A stretch of DNA of 64,000 nt from an uncultured Fibrobacteraceae bacterium (GTDB taxonomy: Bacteria; Krumholzibacteriota; Krumholzibacteriia; LZORAL124-64-63), in the NCBI GenBank assembly GCA_964617805.1, contig CAZTWK010000002.1, positions 20,308-84,307 of the forward strand, written 5' to 3'. Every line of letters starts with the position of its first letter. Position 1 is the stretch's first letter. Position numbers and translations under genes: made by a program. The notes under the pieces were generated by a model. It ran no database searches, was not told the origin of the DNA, and saw nothing but the letters and a program-made list of their open reading frames with translations. This document shows positions 16,859 to 26,937 of this stretch, in pieces.

Positions 16859-18402
16859 GAGCCGTCCTTTCCGCTGTCGACCAGGATGCGCCACTCGGTC
16901 CAGTCGCCCGCCGCGCCGGCGTCCAGGTGGGCGCGCGCCGCCGCCAGGGCGGCGGACACCAGGGAGTCGCCCCAGAGGGCCGCGGCCCAGTGCGTGGTCA
17001 GCGCGCGTTCCTGGCGTCCCTTGCCGGGCGCGTGCCAGGCCGGGCGTTTCGACTGTGTCGCGCGTGGCCGGGCCAGGCGCTCGAAGAGTCCCCGGTTGGC
17101 CGCCGACCAGCGCTCGAGATTGGGCGCGGCGAGGGCACGGGCCTCGTCCGGGGCGAGCCGGAAGAGGTCGCGCAGGGCGGCGTGCAGCGCGTCGGCCGCC
17201 GTGGTCTCCACCGTCGCGAGCGCCTCGTCCATGGCCTCGCCCAGGACGATGTCCTGGCCCGCCGCGCCGAGTGCGGCGTCACGCAGGTCGCAGAAGAGCC
17301 GCGGCAGCAGGGGCGGACGCGGCAGGTCCAGGGCCGCGTACACGGGTTCCGTCTGCTTGAGATAGGCCACCTCGGCCGGTCCGGCCACCACGCCGGCCGG
17401 CCGGAACAACCAGTCCTGGACCGGGGAGCGCAGCAGCACGCCGGGCCGCAGGGCCGACGGATCGTCCGGGGGCGCGTCCGCCGCGCCCAGACGTTGCCGT
17501 CGACCGTCCGTGGAGATGCTGAAGGGATTGGCCAGGGAGGCGTCGCCGATCTGGGCGTGGTAGCCGTCGGCGGCGAGACGCTCGCCGCGCTCGGTGGCAG
17601 CGTGGGCCAGGGCGCCGGTGTCGGCCAGCATACGCGCGTAGAGGGGACAGGCCACGGCGTGCAGCCGGGGATCGTCGCCCGAGACGACGAGCAGTCCGCG
17701 TCCGCCGAAGAGGCGCAGCAGGGCGCGTCTCTGGGTACGTGCCCAGGTCGTGCCCGCAGCCCGGGCCTCCGTCCAGATGCGCGCCAGGTCGCCGGCCAGG
17801 CCGTTGTGCGCCGCCTGCTCCGCGAGCCAGGCGGCCTCCCCCGCACCCGCCGACGCGGCCGGCAGGGCGCCCACCGAAGTGCCGGGCGGCGCCGCTGGGG
17901 GCACCGCGCGCAGCAGCGACCCGCGCCGTGGATCGTAGAGCCGGGGAGCGAAGGCCTCGCGCAGGTCGTCGTCGTCGTCGCCGGACCAGAACAGCGGCAC
18001 CGTGGGACGCCCGGCCTCGCTGCGGGCCTCGGCGGCGGCGATGCAGGTGGCCGCCTTGTAGAGGGTGTAGAGGGGACCGCCCAGGAAGCCGGGCTGCTGG
18101 CCGGTGACGATCACGTCGGCCTCGCCGGCGGTCAGGGCAGCCACGTTGGCGCGGCAACGCTCTGTCGCAACGGCGTCCGGCAGATCGGCCGCGAAATCCG
18201 TCCACCAGGCCTCGCGCCAGGCGTCGTCGGACCAGGCGGGCGCCGGTCCGTCCGGAGCCGGGGCCGCCAGGCAGGCGCGCCAGGACTCGGCCGCCGAGCC
18301 CAGGGGGCCGTCCCCCGCCAACCAGTCCCGCATCAGGGGGGGCAGGTCGGGGGCATCCGGCAGGGAGCCGCCGGGGGCAATGGGATGGACGTCGTCGCTC
18401 AT
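16855..18402 (-). CDS. bshC: Bacillithiol cysteine-adding enzyme
   Basis: IVTGQQPGFLGGPLYTLYKA, LRPGVLLRSPVQDWLF, GPAEVAYL.Q, QER motifs. Confidence 0.85.
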   Translation of the reverse strand: MSDDVHPIAPGGSLPDAPDLPPLMRDWLAGDGPLGSAAESWRACLAAPAPDGPAPAWSDDAWREAWWTDFAADLPDAVATERCRANVAALTAGEADVIVTGQQPGFLGGPLYTLYKAATCIAAAEARSEAGRPTVPLFWSGDDDDDLREAFAPRLYDPRRGSLLRAVPPAAPPGTSVGALPAASAGAGEAAWLAEQAAHNGLAGDLARIWTEARAAGTTWARTQRRALLRLFGGRGLLVVSGDDPRLHAVACPLYARMLADTGALAHAATERGERLAADGYHAQIGDASLANPFSISTDGRRQRLGAADAPPDDPSALRPGVLLRSPVQDWLFRPAGVVAGPAEVAYLKQTEPVYAALDLPRPPLLPRLFCDLRDAALGAAGQDIVLGEAMDEALATVETTAADALHAALRDLFRLAPDEARALAAPNLERWSAANRGLFERLARPRATQSKRPAWHAPGKGRQERALTTHWAAALWGDSLVSAALAAARAHLDAGAAGDWTEWRILVDSGKDGS

Positions 18403-18417
18403 ACCGTCTGTCTCACC

Positions 18418-19206
18418 TCACCGGGTCTTCTCGTAGATCAGGATCCAGCGCTCCGCGCTGTCCGCTGCGAAGGGACGCCCGTCGTAGCCGCCGAGGGCGC
18501 CGCGCCGGGTCAGTCCGGTCCGGCCCGCCAGGGCGTCGAGCTCCTCGGGCTCGAAGAGGGCCACGGCCTCGGTGTAGTCGAGGCCCTCGGGCGGCACGCC
18601 GCGGGCGGCCGCCTCGTCCAGCCGGTCCGGCAACGGATCGATGCGGACTCGCTTGAGGATGCGCGATCCGTCCGGATCCAGGCGCTTGGTCTCGCGCACC
18701 CGGCAGGGGCCCACCTCGCGCGCGGGGGTTTCCGCCGGTCGCGCCAGGTCCCGCCGGACCCGCCGGCCGTTCAGGTAGTCCAGGCTCCAGGTCCCGCCGG
18801 GTGCCAGCACGCGGGCGATCTCGGCCAGCAGGCCGCCGTGGGCGTCGAGGTCCCCGAAATAGCCGAAGGCCGTGAACAGGGACACCACGTTCGCGAAGGC
18901 CGCGTCGGCCAGCGGCAAGACCCGCATGTCGGCCCGCAGCAGACCCACCGGGGGCTGTCCGGCCGTGCGCTCCCGCGCGCGGCGCAGCAACGGGGCCGAG
19001 AGGTCCACGCCGACGAGGCCGTGCGCCGATCTCGCGGCCAGCGGGGCCAGGTGGCGCCCCTCGCCGCAGCCCAGGTCCAACACGCGCCCGGCCGCGAAGT
19101 CGACGATCCGCGCCAGGGCCGCGACGCAGGCGTCGGCCTCGGCCTCGTCGCGGTGGGCGTAGAGCCAGACGTAGTGCGCGCCGAAGGCGGTCTCGTACCA
19201 GGTCAT
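18418..19206 (-). CDS. Class I SAM-dependent methyltransferase
   Basis: VLDLGCGEGRH, GVDLS, RADMR, SLFTAFGYF; N-terminal WYETAFG.HY..LYAHRD. Confidence 0.88.
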   Translation of the reverse strand: MTWYETAFGAHYVWLYAHRDEAEADACVAALARIVDFAAGRVLDLGCGEGRHLAPLAARSAHGLVGVDLSAPLLRRARERTAGQPPVGLLRADMRVLPLADAAFANVVSLFTAFGYFGDLDAHGGLLAEIARVLAPGGTWSLDYLNGRRVRRDLARPAETPAREVGPCRVRETKRLDPDGSRILKRVRIDPLPDRLDEAAARGVPPEGLDYTEAVALFEPEELDALAGRTGLTRRGALGGYDGRPFAADSAERWILIYEKTR

Positions 19207-20855
19207 GCGCCCGCGGCTCCGTCCGGAGTGTCGGCCAGCAGACCGCTGTCGGCCCCGATCAGCGTGTCCTCGACGGCCGGGGCCTTGGCGGGATGGTCCA
19301 GGGTGTAATGCAGCCCCCGGCTCTCCCGCCGCTCCCGGGCGCAGAGGACGATCAACTCGGCGTTCAGCGCGATGTTGCGCAACTCGACCAGGTCCGGGCT
19401 GGGCACCGCGGCCTGGTAGGCGGTCTCCACCGTGGCGCGGATGTTGCGGATGCGGTCCAGGGCGATGTCCAGCCGGTGGCGCGTGCGGACGATGCCCACG
19501 TAGTCCCACATGACCCGCCGCACCACGTCCCAGTCGTGCTCGAGGATCATGGCCTCGGGACTCATGTCCACGCCGGGGTGGCCTTCCACCCGCAGGTGGC
19601 CCGAGCCGGCGGCGTCGGTCACGTCCGTGTCGAGCTCGGCGGCGGCCCGCGAGGCCTTCTCCGCGAAGTAGACGGCCTCCAGGAGCGAGTTGCTGGCCAG
19701 GCGGTTCGCGCCGTGGACGCCCGAGCAGGCCACCTCGCCGATGGCCAGCAGGCCCATGAGGTTGGAGCGGCCCCCGGCGTCGATGCGCACGCCCCCGCAC
19801 ATGTAGTGGGCGGCCGGCACCACGGGCACGGGGTCGCCCGCCATGTCGATGCCGAAACGGCGGCAGGTCTCGGTGAGGTGCGGGAAGCGCTCCTCCACGA
19901 AGTCCCGGTCCAGGTGGCGCAGGTCCAGGTGAACGCAGGGATCGCCGGTCAGCTTCAGTTCCTGGTCGATGGACCGCGCCACCACGTCCCGCGGTGCTAG
20001 CTCCAGCCGGGGATCGTAGCGCGGCATGAAGCGCTCGCCCCGCCCGTTGACCAGGTGCGCGCCCTCCCCCCGCACGGCCTCGGAGATGAGGAAGCTCTTG
20101 GCCTCGGCGTGGTACAGGCAGGTGGGATGGAACTGCACGAATTCCAGGTTGGCCAGCAGGGCGCCCGCCCGGTAGGCCATGGCCATGCCGTCGCCGGTGG
20201 CGATGTCGGGATTGGAGGTGTAGGCGTAGACCTTGCCGCAGCCGCCGGTGGCGAGCACCACCACGTCGGCCAGGTAGGGCGTGGTGGCCAGGATCTGACG
20301 GTCCAGCACCCAGCAGCCCGCCACCCGTTCGGGGGGCAGCCCCGCGCCGTCCAGATCGCAGCCCTTGATCAGGTCCAGGCCCACGTGGTTCTCGTCCAGC
20401 CGGATGCGGGGATGGTCGCGGCAGGCGGTGAGCAGGCACTTCTCCAGCTCGCGCCCGGTGAGGTCGGCGGCGTGGACGATGCGGTTGCGCGAGTGGCCGC
20501 CCTCGCGGCCGAGGGCCCAGGCCTCGCCGTCCTTGGCCCGGGTGAACTCCACCCCGTAGGCCAGCAGGCGGTCGATCAGGCGCGGCGCGGAGCCCACCAT
20601 GTCGCGCACGACGGCCTCGTCGCAGAGGCCGTCCCCGGCCACCAGGGTGTCCTGCACGTGGAACTCGAAGTCGTCGAGGGGCGAGAGCACGGCCGCGATG
20701 CCGCCCTGGGCGTAGTTGGTGTTGGACTCGAAGGATTCCTTCTTGGTGACGACGCGTACGTCGCCCTGCTCAGCGGCCAGGAGCGCGTACTGCAGGCCCG
20801 CGATGCCGGACCCGACCACCAGATGACGCGAGACGTTCGGTGCGCTGCGAGTCAC
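19203..20855 (-). CDS. nadB: L-aspartate oxidase
   Basis: VGSGIAG, YAQGGIA, REGGHSRNRIVH, EFVQFHPT, VPAAHYMCGG, GVHGANRLASNSLLE. Confidence 0.95.
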   Translation of the reverse strand: MTRSAPNVSRHLVVGSGIAGLQYALLAAEQGDVRVVTKKESFESNTNYAQGGIAAVLSPLDDFEFHVQDTLVAGDGLCDEAVVRDMVGSAPRLIDRLLAYGVEFTRAKDGEAWALGREGGHSRNRIVHAADLTGRELEKCLLTACRDHPRIRLDENHVGLDLIKGCDLDGAGLPPERVAGCWVLDRQILATTPYLADVVVLATGGCGKVYAYTSNPDIATGDGMAMAYRAGALLANLEFVQFHPTCLYHAEAKSFLISEAVRGEGAHLVNGRGERFMPRYDPRLELAPRDVVARSIDQELKLTGDPCVHLDLRHLDRDFVEERFPHLTETCRRFGIDMAGDPVPVVPAAHYMCGGVRIDAGGRSNLMGLLAIGEVACSGVHGANRLASNSLLEAVYFAEKASRAAAELDTDVTDAAGSGHLRVEGHPGVDMSPEAMILEHDWDVVRRVMWDYVGIVRTRHRLDIALDRIRNIRATVETAYQAAVPSPDLVELRNIALNAELIVLCARERRESRGLHYTLDHPAKAPAVEDTLIGADSGLLADTPDGAAGA

Positions 20856-20859
20856 GCTC

Positions 20860-21930
20860 TCATGCCTCCAGGTGCTCCAGGACGGCGCGCGCGGGATCGG
20901 CTCCGTCGCGCCAGGCCAGGTCGAGCCCCACCTCGTGCAGGGGCGGGGCGTGCGCCGGCCACAGGGACGCCAGCTTCACGCGATCCTTGGCCGTGGTCAG
21001 CCAGGCCCCCAGGCCCGCGGCCTCCCCCGCCGCCAGCACGTCGGCGACGTCGCCGCGGTCGTAGGCGGCGTGGTCGTCGAAGCGGGCGGCCAGCGCCGGC
21101 GCCGGACCGCACAGGGACGTGCAGGCCGCCTCGAATCGTTCCGGCGCGGCGATACCGCACACCACACCGTACGGCATATCCAGGGGTGTCGCCACGCCTT
21201 CCGGCAGGGCGACGCGGCGCTCGAAGCCCAGGAGCGTCGGGCCCGTATCCGGCTGGGACGGCAGCGTTTCGCCAGGCGCCAGCGGGAGCAGCCACACCGC
21301 CGCGCGCGCCGCCCCCGACGCGCCTTCGCGGTAGGGGCCCCAGGGCAACCGCAATCCCGTCTCGGGCACGACGCCGCCCGGCGTCCCGCACCAGCGGTCC
21401 AGAATCAGCAGGTCCAGGTGTCGTCCCTGGCCGGCGCACTGGTGGCCGTCCTCGAGGATCACGAGGCCGGGCGCATCCGGCAGCGATCGCAGCAGATCCA
21501 GGCCCGCCCGTCGGTCGCGCGCCTGCACGACCTTGGCGCCGGGCAGGCGTGCGGCCAGCAGGCGGGCCTCGTCTCCGCAGCAGGCGTCGCGAGCCTCGAC
21601 CCGAAGGGGGCCGCGATCGGCGGAGCCGTAGCCGCGGGTGACGACGGCGACGCCTCGTCCCGCGTCCAGCAGACGCGCGGCCAGGTCTAGCACCACGGGT
21701 GTCTTGCCGCTGCCGCCGGTGGCCAGGGCGCCCACCGAGATCACCCGGGGCGAGGGCGGCGGCGCCGCGCGGCCGGACAGACGGCGGCGCAGATCGGCGG
21801 CGGCGACGGCCGTGGTCAGCGGAGTCAGCAGGGAGAGCCAGCGGGGCGGCGCAGCGTCCCAGCGGCGCCAGAGCTCCTGGACGCCCCGGCCGAGCCGGCC
21901 ACGGCGTTCGAGCACGCGGGTCCCGCTCAC
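20860..21930 (-). CDS. lpxK: Tetraacyldisaccharide 4'-kinase
   Basis: VISVGALATGGSGKTP, TRGYG, GDEA.LLA, ILEDGHQ, F.DH..Y, TTAKD.VKL; GTG start at 21930. Confidence 0.88.
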   Translation of the reverse strand: MSGTRVLERRGRLGRGVQELWRRWDAAPPRWLSLLTPLTTAVAAADLRRRLSGRAAPPPSPRVISVGALATGGSGKTPVVLDLAARLLDAGRGVAVVTRGYGSADRGPLRVEARDACCGDEARLLAARLPGAKVVQARDRRAGLDLLRSLPDAPGLVILEDGHQCAGQGRHLDLLILDRWCGTPGGVVPETGLRLPWGPYREGASGAARAAVWLLPLAPGETLPSQPDTGPTLLGFERRVALPEGVATPLDMPYGVVCGIAAPERFEAACTSLCGPAPALAARFDDHAAYDRGDVADVLAAGEAAGLGAWLTTAKDRVKLASLWPAHAPPLHEVGLDLAWRDGADPARAVLEHLEA

Positions 21931-22535
21931 GACGCGGCCTCCGGCGCCAGGAGCGAGGCCGCCAGCCGGCGGGCCCAGTCCGCGATCTGCGCCTCCCCCG
22001 CGTCGGGGGGCACGACCAGGGCCTCGCCCTCCGCCACGGCGATGCGCGAGAAGGGCAGGGGCAGGACCGTGCGGTCCCAGTTGCTCAGCGCCAGGTGCCG
22101 GCCCGAACGACGCGTCAGGGGCACGATGGGCGCGCCCGTCAGGCGGGAGAGCTGGACCACGCCGTCGCGCACCACGCCGAAGGGTCCGCGGGGCCCGTCC
22201 ACGGCGATGCCCACGGCCGTGCCGCGCCTGAGCGCGCCCAGCAGTTCGCGGAAGGCCCGGCCGCCCTCCTTGCCGGTGGACCCGCGCACGAAGGCGTAGC
22301 CGTCCCGGCCCAGCGTGCGGATCAGGATGTCCCCGTCGGGGCTGCGGCTGACCAGCAGGGCGGGCCGGGCGCCCTTGACGTGCAGGATGGCGGGTATGAT
22401 GTCCCGGTGCAGGCAGGCGAAGATGACCGGTCCGTCCCCGGGACGCCGGGGCGTACCTCCGCCGTCGAGCCGGATGCTCGCGTTGAACATCCGGTAGAGC
22501 GGGGGGGCGAACCACATTTTGAGCCGGCCCAGCAT
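21927..22535 (-). CDS. DUF374 lysophospholipid-acyltransferase-superfamily protein (LpxJ-like)
   Basis: SRSPDG, VRGST, VDGPRGP, QLSRLTGAPIVP, SNWDR..LPLPFSR. Confidence 0.8.
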   Translation of the reverse strand: MLGRLKMWFAPPLYRMFNASIRLDGGGTPRRPGDGPVIFACLHRDIIPAILHVKGARPALLVSRSPDGDILIRTLGRDGYAFVRGSTGKEGGRAFRELLGALRRGTAVGIAVDGPRGPFGVVRDGVVQLSRLTGAPIVPLTRRSGRHLALSNWDRTVLPLPFSRIAVAEGEALVVPPDAGEAQIADWARRLAASLLAPEAAS

Positions 22536-22536
22536 C

Positions 22537-23703
22537 TCACTCCCGGGGAACTAGGGACATGGCGGCCTCGGCGGCGCGCGTCCACACGCCCGGCGGGCCG
22601 AGGGCCTCGCGCAGGGCGTCCACGCCCGAGGCGTAGCGGGCCCGGCGCGTCCCGTCCTGCAGCCAGTCGGCCAGGTCGTCGGCCAGGACCGCCGGCGCGG
22701 CGGCGTCCTGCACGAACTCGCGGACCAGGTCGCGGCCGAGGATCAGGTTCGCCAGGCCGATGCGCTCGATGCGCACCAGCCGGCGCGCCACGAAGTCGTT
22801 GAAGCCCGAGGTCCGGTACGCGACGGCGTGGGGGACGCCGGCCAGGGCCGCCTCCAGCGAGGCCGTGCCGCTGCAGACGAGAGCCAGGTCCAGCTCCCGC
22901 AGCAGCCGGTCCAGGGGCGCGTCGGAAACCTCGACCCCGGCGGCCGTTGCCGGGGCCAGCGCATCGTCGTCCACACCCGGGGCGCGACTGACGACACACC
23001 TGAAACTACGGCCGCCGGCCGCGTTCTTCAACCGGGCGGCCGCGTCCAGCAAGACCGGCAGCAGGCGCGCCAGCTCCTGGCGGCGGCTGCCCGGGAGCAG
23101 GCCTACGGTGAGTGTCGCCGCCTCGTCGTTGAGGCGCGCCTCCCGCGCGGCCCGGTCGCGGTCCGCGTCCGCCTTGCGGTAGACCTCGCGCAGGGGGTGG
23201 CCGAGCCAGGCCGTCGGCACGCGGCGCCTGGCGAAGAAGTCCGGCTCGAAGGGCAGCACGACGCCCAGCAGATCCACCGCGCGTCGCAGCTTGCCCGCGC
23301 GCCAGGCGCCCCAGGCCCAGAGCTGGGGGGCCACCAGGTAGAAGACGGGGATGCCGCGGCGCCGGGCGAAGGTGGCGAGGCCGAGGTTGAAGCCGGGGGC
23401 GTCCACGGGCACGAAGAGGTCGACGGCCGCGTCGGCCAGGTGGCGGTGCAGGGCGCGCCGGGCGCGCCAGACCGCGGGCAGCGCGCCCAGGGCCTCGCCG
23501 AAGCCCATGACCGACAGGGGCGCGCGGTCGTGGACGATCTCCACGCCGGCGTCCGCCAGGATCTCCCCGCCCAGGGCCGAGAACCGCGCGCCGGGATGGC
23601 GCGCCCGCAGGGCGCGGACCAGCTCCGCGCCGTAGCGCTCGCCGCTGGCCTCGCCGCAGGACAGGAATACGTGCAGGGATGGGGAGGCCGGCTTATCCGA
23701 CAT
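22537..23703 (-). CDS. lpxB: Lipid-A-disaccharide synthase
   Basis: SCGEASGE, VDAPGFN, APQLWAW, LLPGSRRQE, CSGTASLEAAL, IGLANLI. Confidence 0.92.
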   Translation of the reverse strand: MSDKPASPSLHVFLSCGEASGERYGAELVRALRARHPGARFSALGGEILADAGVEIVHDRAPLSVMGFGEALGALPAVWRARRALHRHLADAAVDLFVPVDAPGFNLGLATFARRRGIPVFYLVAPQLWAWGAWRAGKLRRAVDLLGVVLPFEPDFFARRRVPTAWLGHPLREVYRKADADRDRAAREARLNDEAATLTVGLLPGSRRQELARLLPVLLDAAARLKNAAGGRSFRCVVSRAPGVDDDALAPATAAGVEVSDAPLDRLLRELDLALVCSGTASLEAALAGVPHAVAYRTSGFNDFVARRLVRIERIGLANLILGRDLVREFVQDAAAPAVLADDLADWLQDGTRRARYASGVDALREALGPPGVWTRAAEAAMSLVPRE

Positions 23704-23751
23704 GGCGCGGCTCCTCGAGGATGGTCGGCGGCCCGGTCCGGGCCGCCCGGA

Positions 23752-24558
23752 TCAGCGGACGATGCCCCGCTCGGAACGGCGGATGAAGGCCATCAGCTCC
23801 TCGAGATGCGTGTCGAGCTGGCAGACCAGCGCCATCTGCTCCAGCGCCTGGCTGACGTTCAGGCCGCTGCGGTAGAGGAGCCGGTACGCCTTCTTCAGGT
23901 TGACCAGGGCTTCCTCGCTGAAGCCGCGCCGCTTCATGCCCACGCTGTTGAGCCCGCAGACCTCCACGGGGCTGCCGGCCACGCGGACAAACGGCGGCAC
24001 GTCCTGCGCGACCCGGCTGCCGCCGCCGATGAAGGCGTGGGCGCCGATGCGGACGAACTGGTGCACGGGCGTCATGCCGCCCAGGATCGCCCAGTCCCCG
24101 ATCTTGACGTGGCCCGCCAGGTTGACGGCGTTGGCCAGCACGAGGCTGTCGCCGAGGACGCAGTTGTGCGCGATGTGCACGTAGGCCATCAGCAGGTTGT
24201 TGTCGCCGATGCGCGTGGTCTCGTTCTCGCCCGAGGCGAGATGGACGGTGACGTACTCGCGGATCGTGTTGTGGTCCCCGATCTCCACGTAGCTGACCTC
24301 GTCGGCGTACTTGAAGTCCTGGGGGGGGAGACCGATCACGGCGCCGGGAAAGATCTTGTTGCCGTTGCCGATGGTCGTGCGGCCGTCGATGACCACCGAG
24401 GAGGCGATCTCGCAGTCCGCGCCGATGGTCACGTTGGGCCCGATCAGCGTGAAGGGGCCGATCTTGACGTTGTGACCGATCCGGGCGTCGGGGTGTACGA
24501 CCGCGGTCGGATGGATATCCGGCTTGCGCACGGGACGCAGCTTGGACGCCCGCTTCAT
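23752..24558 (-). CDS. lpxA: UDP-N-acetylglucosamine acyltransferase
   Basis: IHPTAVV hexapeptide repeats, PQDFKY, IREYVTVH, HIAHNC, VHQFVRIG, GLNSVGMKRRGF; a TTG start at 24570 is also possible. Confidence 0.93.
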   Translation of the reverse strand: MKRASKLRPVRKPDIHPTAVVHPDARIGHNVKIGPFTLIGPNVTIGADCEIASSVVIDGRTTIGNGNKIFPGAVIGLPPQDFKYADEVSYVEIGDHNTIREYVTVHLASGENETTRIGDNNLLMAYVHIAHNCVLGDSLVLANAVNLAGHVKIGDWAILGGMTPVHQFVRIGAHAFIGGGSRVAQDVPPFVRVAGSPVEVCGLNSVGMKRRGFSEEALVNLKKAYRLLYRSGLNVSQALEQMALVCQLDTHLEELMAFIRRSERGIVR

Positions 24559-24592
24559 GTTGGCAGACAAACTCTCCTCCTCGGTCTGGCTC

Positions 24593-25906
24593 TCAGCGGT
24601 CCACGATGGTGGACATGAGATCCGCCTCGGCCACTTTTTCACCGTCCACGTAAGCCACGCCGCTCATCTTGCAGATGGGACCACGCAGCTTGACCAGTTC
24701 CAGCTCGAAGCGGATCTGGTCGCCGGGTGTGACGGGTTTCCGGAATCTTGCGCCATCGATACCGCTGAAGTAAACAAGTTTCGACTCTGGGTTGTCGACG
24801 CTGCTCATCAGCAGAACCCCCCCCACCTGCGCCATGGCCTCGGTGATCAGCACGCCGGGCATGATCGGGTGGTCGGGGAAGTGCCCCTGGAAGAAGGGCT
24901 CGTTCACGCTCACGTTCTTGATGCCCACCACCCGCTTGCCGGCCTCGAACTCGATGATGCGGTCCACGAGCAGGAAGGGATAGCGGTGCGGCATGACCTT
25001 CATGATGGACGAGATGTCCCAGTAGGTCGGATTGCGCGGCGGATAGATGCGCGAGGCCTTGCGTTCCTTGCGCGCCATCAGCCGGGTCAGCGCCAGGTTG
25101 CCGTCGTGACCGGCGCGGCGCGCGATCACGTGCCCCTGGATGGGCATGCCCAGCAACGCCAGGTCGCCGATCAGGTCCAGCACCTTGTGGCGCACGAACT
25201 CGTCGGGGAAGCGCAGGGTCAGGTCGTTCACCAGCTCGCCGTTCTCCACGATCAGGGCGTTCTCGAGGGTGCCCCCCTGCCCCAGGCCCATGGAGTGGAG
25301 CTTCTCGACGTCGTTGCGCAGGGCGAAGGTCCGGCAGGGCGCGATCTCGCGCTTGTAGATCTCGGGGCGCACCTCGCAGCCGAACTCCTGGACCCCGATC
25401 AGGGGGTCGTCGTAGGCGATCTGGCAGGTGACGCGGAAGGTCTCGCAGGGCTCCACGCGCAGGGAGACGTCCCCGTCGCTCCAGGAGATCGGCTGGTCGA
25501 CGTGCAGGTAGTTGCCGGGCAGCCCCTGGCTGACCACGCCCACGGACTCGAGCAGCTCCACGTAGTCGACGGTGCTGCCGGCCTTGGGCTCGGGCGGTTC
25601 GGGACCGTCGAGCTCCACGTAGCAGTTGGTGACGCCCAGGCCCGTCAGGGCCGAGAGCACGTGCTCGACGGTCTGGATCTCGGCGCCGCCGGCGGCCAGC
25701 TTGGTGTTGCGCAGGCCGCCGTGGTCCTCGGGCACGTTCTCGATCAGCGCGGGCACGTCCACCCGTCCGTCGGCCGTGGCCACCCGGAAGACGATGCCGG
25801 TGTTCACCGGCGCCGGCAGGAAGGCGACGGTGACGGGAGCGCCCGAATGGAGGGCGGTGCCCGTCATCTCGGCCCGGTCGCCCACGGTCCTCTGCAGGTA
25901 CAGCAC
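24593..25906 (-). CDS. lpxC-fabZ: Bifunctional LpxC deacetylase / FabZ dehydratase
   Basis: [29 protein letters not shown], then [31 protein letters not shown]. Confidence 0.95.
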   Translation of the reverse strand: MLYLQRTVGDRAEMTGTALHSGAPVTVAFLPAPVNTGIVFRVATADGRVDVPALIENVPEDHGGLRNTKLAAGGAEIQTVEHVLSALTGLGVTNCYVELDGPEPPEPKAGSTVDYVELLESVGVVSQGLPGNYLHVDQPISWSDGDVSLRVEPCETFRVTCQIAYDDPLIGVQEFGCEVRPEIYKREIAPCRTFALRNDVEKLHSMGLGQGGTLENALIVENGELVNDLTLRFPDEFVRHKVLDLIGDLALLGMPIQGHVIARRAGHDGNLALTRLMARKERKASRIYPPRNPTYWDISSIMKVMPHRYPFLLVDRIIEFEAGKRVVGIKNVSVNEPFFQGHFPDHPIMPGVLITEAMAQVGGVLLMSSVDNPESKLVYFSGIDGARFRKPVTPGDQIRFELELVKLRGPICKMSGVAYVDGEKVAEADLMSTIVDR

Positions 25907-25907
25907 G

Positions 25908-26936
25908 TCAGCTCTCCTCGTCCTCGGCGTCCACGATCCGTTCCAGGCGCGTCAGCCGCTGCTGGAAGTCCGGCAGGCGGTGCGTCAGCGCCACCAGCCT
26001 GAAGGCGCGTTTGAATTCCACGGCGGGCGTGCCGAAGACCGTCTCGCCGTCCGACAGGTCGCGCGTGACCCCGGATTGTGCCGCCACCTTCACGCCGTCG
26101 CCAACAGTTAAATGGTCGCCCATGCCCACCTGGCCGCCCATGACGACGCCGTCGCCGATGACGGAACTGCCCGAGATGCCCGTCTGGGCCGAGATGGCCG
26201 TGTTGGCGCCGATGCAGACGTTGTGGGCGATCTGGACCAGGTTGTCGATCTTCGTGCCGGCCTTGATGCGCGTCACGCCGGTGGTGGCGCGGTCGACGCA
26301 GCTGTTGGCGCCGATCTCCACCCGGTCCTCGAGCACCACGACGCCGATCTGGGGGATGCGCACCAGCCCCGCGGGGCCCGGATGGTACCCGAAGCCGTCG
26401 CTGCCGATCACCACCCCGGAGTGCAGGATCACCTCGCAACCCAGGCGGCAGCGTTCGCGCACGGTGACGTGGGCGTGGAGCACGCTGCCGGCGCCCACCT
26501 CGGCACCCGCCTCGATCACGACGTGGGCGCCGACGCGCGCGCCGTCGCCGATCTTCGCCCCGTCGCCGACCACGGCGTAGGGGCCCACCGAGGCCACGTC
26601 GCCCAGCCGGGCGTTCTCGTGGATCACGGCGGTGGGATGGATGCCGGGCGCGAAGACCGCGTCCGGGTCGGGCGCGAAGAGTTCCAGGATACGCGCGAAC
26701 ACGGCGCGGGGATCGTCGGCCTGCAAGGTCGGCAGATGGCAATCCACGCCCGGTCCCACCACGGCGGCCGCGGCCCCGCAGTCCGCCAGGTCGGCGGCGC
26801 GGCGGGCGTCCTCGGCGAAGGTGATGTCGCCGTCGCCGGCGTCGGCGATACCGGCCGCACCGCGGATCTCCGGATCCGCGTCACCGTCGCGGGACACGCC
26901 CAGCCTCGAGGCCAGCTCGCTCAGCCGGTAAGCCAT
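25908..26936 (-). CDS. lpxD: UDP-3-O-acylglucosamine N-acyltransferase
   Basis: [40 protein letters not shown]. Confidence 0.95.
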   Translation of the reverse strand: MAYRLSELASRLGVSRDGDADPEIRGAAGIADAGDGDITFAEDARRAADLADCGAAAAVVGPGVDCHLPTLQADDPRAVFARILELFAPDPDAVFAPGIHPTAVIHENARLGDVASVGPYAVVGDGAKIGDGARVGAHVVIEAGAEVGAGSVLHAHVTVRERCRLGCEVILHSGVVIGSDGFGYHPGPAGLVRIPQIGVVVLEDRVEIGANSCVDRATTGVTRIKAGTKIDNLVQIAHNVCIGANTAISAQTGISGSSVIGDGVVMGGQVGMGDHLTVGDGVKVAAQSGVTRDLSDGETVFGTPAVEFKRAFRLVALTHRLPDFQQRLTRLERIVDAEDEES

Positions 26937-26937
26937 G

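Noticed and set aside
24593-25906. LpxC-FabZ fusion as a novelty
   Set aside because: A well-known architecture in Bacteroidota and related FCB lineages; useful only as a taxonomic hint.
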